From: the human T2T-CHM13v2.0 reference genome, Homo sapiens
NCBI RefSeq assembly: GCF_009914755.1
Contig: NC_060939.1
Strand: one strand, 5' to 3'
DNA length: 64,000 nucleotides
Numbering within the stretch: position 1 is the stretch's first letter; every line of letters starts with the position of its first letter. The notes below the pieces were generated by a model. The model made no database searches and was not told the origin of the DNA. It was given only the letters and a program-made list of their open reading frames with translations. The position numbers and the translations under genes were made by a program. This document shows positions 59,581-64,000 of the stretch, piece by piece.

Positions 59581-60594
59581 ATGAGGTGCCCAGTATTTGG
59601 AAAAGGTGTTAAGGAAAATCAGAGTGAGAAGCTACAGAGAATTGAGACAAGGAAAGGGTATTTGACCTTGGTCTTGAAAAAGAGGAGGACCTAGATCAAA
59701 TGGGGAAAAAGGAAACCCTTTGGAATAGATTCTAAGAAGTGTGAGCAAAGGTACATGGCATATTCCCAGTGTAGATTAATGGAGCAGTGGATCCCTGGGG
59801 AAAGTCTAGTTGGGGATAAAACTGGAGAGGTTAAGAATTTGATCCATGGGAAATTCCACCATTTTAGAGCAAAATGTCACGTCTGCAAGGTCATATTATA
59901 TGATTCTGACTCTGGCGACAGCATTCATGAGGGCTAGAGTAGTTAGCAACTGGAGGGAGGCATGTTAAGATTTCAGAGTAGTAATTTAACCCGAATCTTG
60001 GTAAATCTGGCTTTGGTTTCCATACATAAATGCATCAACTTATTATCTTACAACATTTTAAAGCTTCTTTGCTTCAATTTGCCTTATTTCTAACATTTAA
60101 AGTGCTTTTATGTGAAACATTCTGGGAACTTTAAACATACTTAATATTCCACAGAATCTTGGTTTCACCTTTTCCCTCCTCGTTCTCTGAGAGACCTATG
60201 TCATTCTGACCCCGAACAATATTAAGAACTATGCATATGGCTATTGTCTTGCACACTCCCTTAGAATATTCAAGTAGTATTTGTTTATGTGCCTTTTATT
60301 GATTAAATTTGTAGTTACTAGAAAAATTAGAAAGTACAGTTAAAACCTAAAGAAAGTCTATAAAACCACTGTTAACATATCATTACATATTCTAGATTAT
60401 TTTCTACATGCATATATACATACATTTAACAAAAAGGGGTCATATTTTTGTAAACAACTTTGTAATTTAATGACTAGTTTTCTGTGCTAATAAATTCCTC
60501 AGTATCCTCTGAATAATAGACTAGGGAGGGTGGGATGAGGAATAGCAAAATCTTACAGAATAATTAAATTTTGCCACCTTCGTATTTTTGTTAG

Positions 60595-60708
60595 CTTCAG
60601 TATCAGACACAGCACAGCAGCCATCTGAAGAGCAAAGCAAGTCTCTTGAAAAACCGAAACAAAAAAAGAATCGCTGTTTCATGTGCAGGAAGAAAGTGGG
60701 ACTTACTG
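60595..60708 (+). CDS. ZFAND6: ZFAND6 coding exon (114 nt), start of the AN1 zinc finger; CDS continues beyond the window
   Basis: tatttttgttag|CTTCAG ... ACTG|gtaagg. Translates [38 protein letters not shown](G), containing the AN1 signature [13 protein letters not shown]. Confidence 0.97.
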
Positions 60709-62588
60709 GTAAGGACCTAAATCAAATGTTTAAAATTAAAATGATGTTTTATAATAATGCATAGCTTACTGTTGTTGACTTCAATTAAGATTGTTCCTGT
60801 TCCCTTGAGAGTTAATATTGGATATACTTCACCTTCTGAATTTTCTTAAGGAAATAAAAATAGCTTTGATTATACACCTAAAAGTGAAATGAATAGCTTT
60901 TTTAAAAAAAGTTTTATTTCAGTTGAATTTAGAAGTATTAGACAAATAAGGTTAGTGTGCCAGATTCTGTGAAAGGTCAAAGATGTGGCTCCTGCTTTTA
61001 AGGAGAGAATATTTTGAAGTACTTGGTAAACTGGAAGTACTTTCTATATATAAAATAGGGCTAATCATACGTTGTTGTGTGGGTTCAGTGAGTTAAGACA
61101 TGTAAGCAGTTAGCCCAGTGCTGCCACACAGTAAGTAATTAATATATGTTGGCTACTGTAACATAGCTATCAGATGCAGATGGTGGTGGGAGGGAGAAAG
61201 AAATGTTCAAAAGCATTTAGCAAAGAAAGTACATGAAGTGCAGTCAGATTGCTCTGGGAATTCAGGGATGAGAGTAACTAATTTACATTTTAAAATGGTA
61301 GTTCTTAGAGGCCCAGCAAGGAAAGGACCATGAAGGCAGAATGTTTCAGTGTGTCTTGAACAGTGAGTAGGACTTATAACTGATGGAAATAGGGGCATTT
61401 CAGGCAGAAAGAATAACTTGAAGAAAATGAATAGGGCATGTGCAGGGACCATGAATAGGGGAATGTCGCTGTGTAGCACATAATACGTGAACAAGACTGT
61501 TGTGTACTGCAGTCCAACAGGAATAAAGAAATAAGACTAAAAACTTATACAGTTGACTCTTGAACAACATGGGACTGTAGGGGTCCACTTAGAGTTTTTT
61601 CTAATACATTGGAAAATTTTTTGGAGATTTGCAGCAATTGGAAAAAACTCACAGATGAACTGTATAGCCTAGAAATATATTTTTTTAATTAAGAAGAGTT
61701 AGGCATGTCTTGAATGTGTAAAACATGTGTAGATACTTGTGTATTTTATCATTTACTACCACAGAATATGCACAAATCTATTATAAAAAATTAAAATTTT
61801 ATCAAAACTTGCCTATACAATATGCAGATCATACATGAAGCCATTCATAGTCAAGAGAAATGTAAACAAATGTAAAGATGCAGTATTAAGTGAGAGTGGC
61901 AAAAAGTTACTGTGGTATATACTATACTTCTCTAATAATTTCATAGCCACCTCCTATTGCTATTGCAGTGAGTTCAGGTGCTGCAAGTATCCACTTAAAA
62001 TGCCACACATTTTAATCGGCACTGATCACCTCTGTTTCAGCAGTTTGTCTCTGTAGTAAATTGCCTACCACAGTAAAAGGTAATCTCTTGTGGTTCTCAT
62101 GTATTTTTCATCGTGTTTAATGCAATACTGTAAACTTTGAATAATACCATAAGACTCGTATAAAGTGATGCCACTAGCACTAGTGATACTGGAAGTGCTC
62201 CCAAGAAGAAGAGAAAAGTCTGACATTACAAGAAAAAGTTGAATTGCTTGGTATGTACCATAGATTAATGTCTGCAGCTGCTATTCTGCCATTTCAAGAA
62301 AAATGAATGATGTCTGCCATTTCAGGATAAATGAATTCAGTGTAAGGACTATTGTTAAAAAAAAAAAAAAGGAAATTTGTGAAGCCATCTCTGCAGCTAT
62401 GCCAGCAGGCACAACAACTTTGTACTTTTTTATGAAATACCTTTTTATTTTGTATTGACAATGCAGCTTTTATGTGGGTGCAGGATTGCTATAAAAAAAG
62501 GCATACTATGATTCAAGAAAAAGTGAAGTCATTATATCACAGCTTTTAGATTCTAAAGCTGGAGACTTTAATGCCAGCAAAGGATGGT

Positions 62589-62909
62589 GTTTTTTTTTGT
62601 TTGTTTGTTTTTTGTTTTTTTTTTTGAAATGGAGTCTTGCTCTGTCATCCAGACTGGAGTACAGTGGCACTATCTCGGCTCACTGTAACCTCCGCCTCCT
62701 GGGTTCAAGCAATTCTCCTGCCCCAGCCTCCCAAGTAGTTGTGATTACAGGTGTGTGCCACCATGCCCGGCTAATTTTTGTATTTCTTTAGTAGAGATGG
62801 GGTTTCACCACGTTGGCCAGGCTGCTCTCAAACTCCTGACCTCAGGTGATCCACCCACCTCAGCCTCCCAAAGTGCTGGGATTATAGAGTGGAACCGCCA
62901 CACCTGGCC
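62589..62909 (-). mobile_element. AluS-type inside Tigger2
   Basis: Alu consensus. Confidence 0.95.
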
Positions 62910-63403
62910 GGTTTGGTAATTTTAGAAAAAGGTTTGGCTTTGAAAAAGTCAAGATAACAGGAGAAACAGCTTCTGCCAGAAAAGAGGCAGTAGGTTCCCA
63001 AACTACATTAAGAAAGTTCCCAAACTATATTAAGTTGTTGGAGAAAGAGTATCTGCCTGAACAAGTTTTTAATGCAGACAAAAGTGCCCTATTCTGGAAG
63101 AAAAAGGTCACAAAGATCTAAGGAAGAAAAGTGAATACTAGGACTTAAGGCAGGAGGAGATCGTCTAACTTTACTGTTTTGCGCAAATGCAGTTGGGTTT
63201 ATGATCAGAACTGCCATTACCTATAAAGCTGCTAACCCGAGTCTTGAAGGGAAAAAGATAAACACCAGCTGCCAGTCTTTTGGTTGTACAACAGGAACGC
63301 TTAAACAATATGAACCCTTTTTCGTGATCGGTTACATTAATGCTTTGTCCCTGAAATCAGAAAGTATCTTGCTAGTAAGGGACTGCCTTTTAAAGTTGTT
63401 GGG

Positions 63404-63704
<301 letters not shown>

Positions 63705-64000
63705 TAAAGTTGTTTTGATATTGGACAATGCCCCTGGCCACCCAGAACCTCATGAGTTCAGCACTGAAGGCGTCGAAGTGATAAATGCTTGCTCCCAGAG
63801 AAGCATCTCTAATTCAGCCTCTAGGTCAGGGGTCGTAAAGACCTTTCAGGCTCATTACACATGGTACTCTTTGGAAAAGATTGTCAGTGCTATGGAAGAG
63901 AACCCCAATAGAGGGAACATCATATCATTGAAGATACCATTATTGTTTAGAAAAAGATGTGAAAGCTCTCAAGCCTGAAACAACAAATTTTTGCAGGAGA

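Overview
Primate (human-like) genomic DNA, AT-rich and repeat-dense, lying entirely inside one + strand gene, ZFAND6 (AWP1; A20- and AN1-type zinc finger protein). The window holds a 163-nt 5'UTR exon (27831-27993) and four coding exons (49743-49913 with ATG at 49760, 51127-51235, 52115-52215, 60595-60708). These encode residues 1-159: the A20 finger, a Ser-rich linker and the start of the AN1 finger. The main promoter/first exon and the last exon fall outside the window. The rest is intron, with about 35 Alus, L1/L2/MIR fragments, two solo LTRs plus an MLT remnant, and several hAT-Charlie and Tigger relics, including a Tigger2 with a decayed transposase at the right end. The supplied ORF track misses the real exons and is almost entirely repeat-derived noise. 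Most interesting observations: (1) the three clustered coding exons, bracketed by oppositely oriented Alus, would back-splice into a 381-nt circle whose main frame has no stop codon, predicting rolling-circle translation of a tandem A20-finger polyprotein; (2) the 5'UTR exon is tiled by four back-to-back uORFs, the last overlapping the main ATG out of frame (ATF4-like); (3) a duplicated 33/35-bp module carries C/EBP-ATF (ATF4-type) sites in a repeat-free intronic block. Repeat family names come from recalled consensus sequences, not from a RepeatMasker run.
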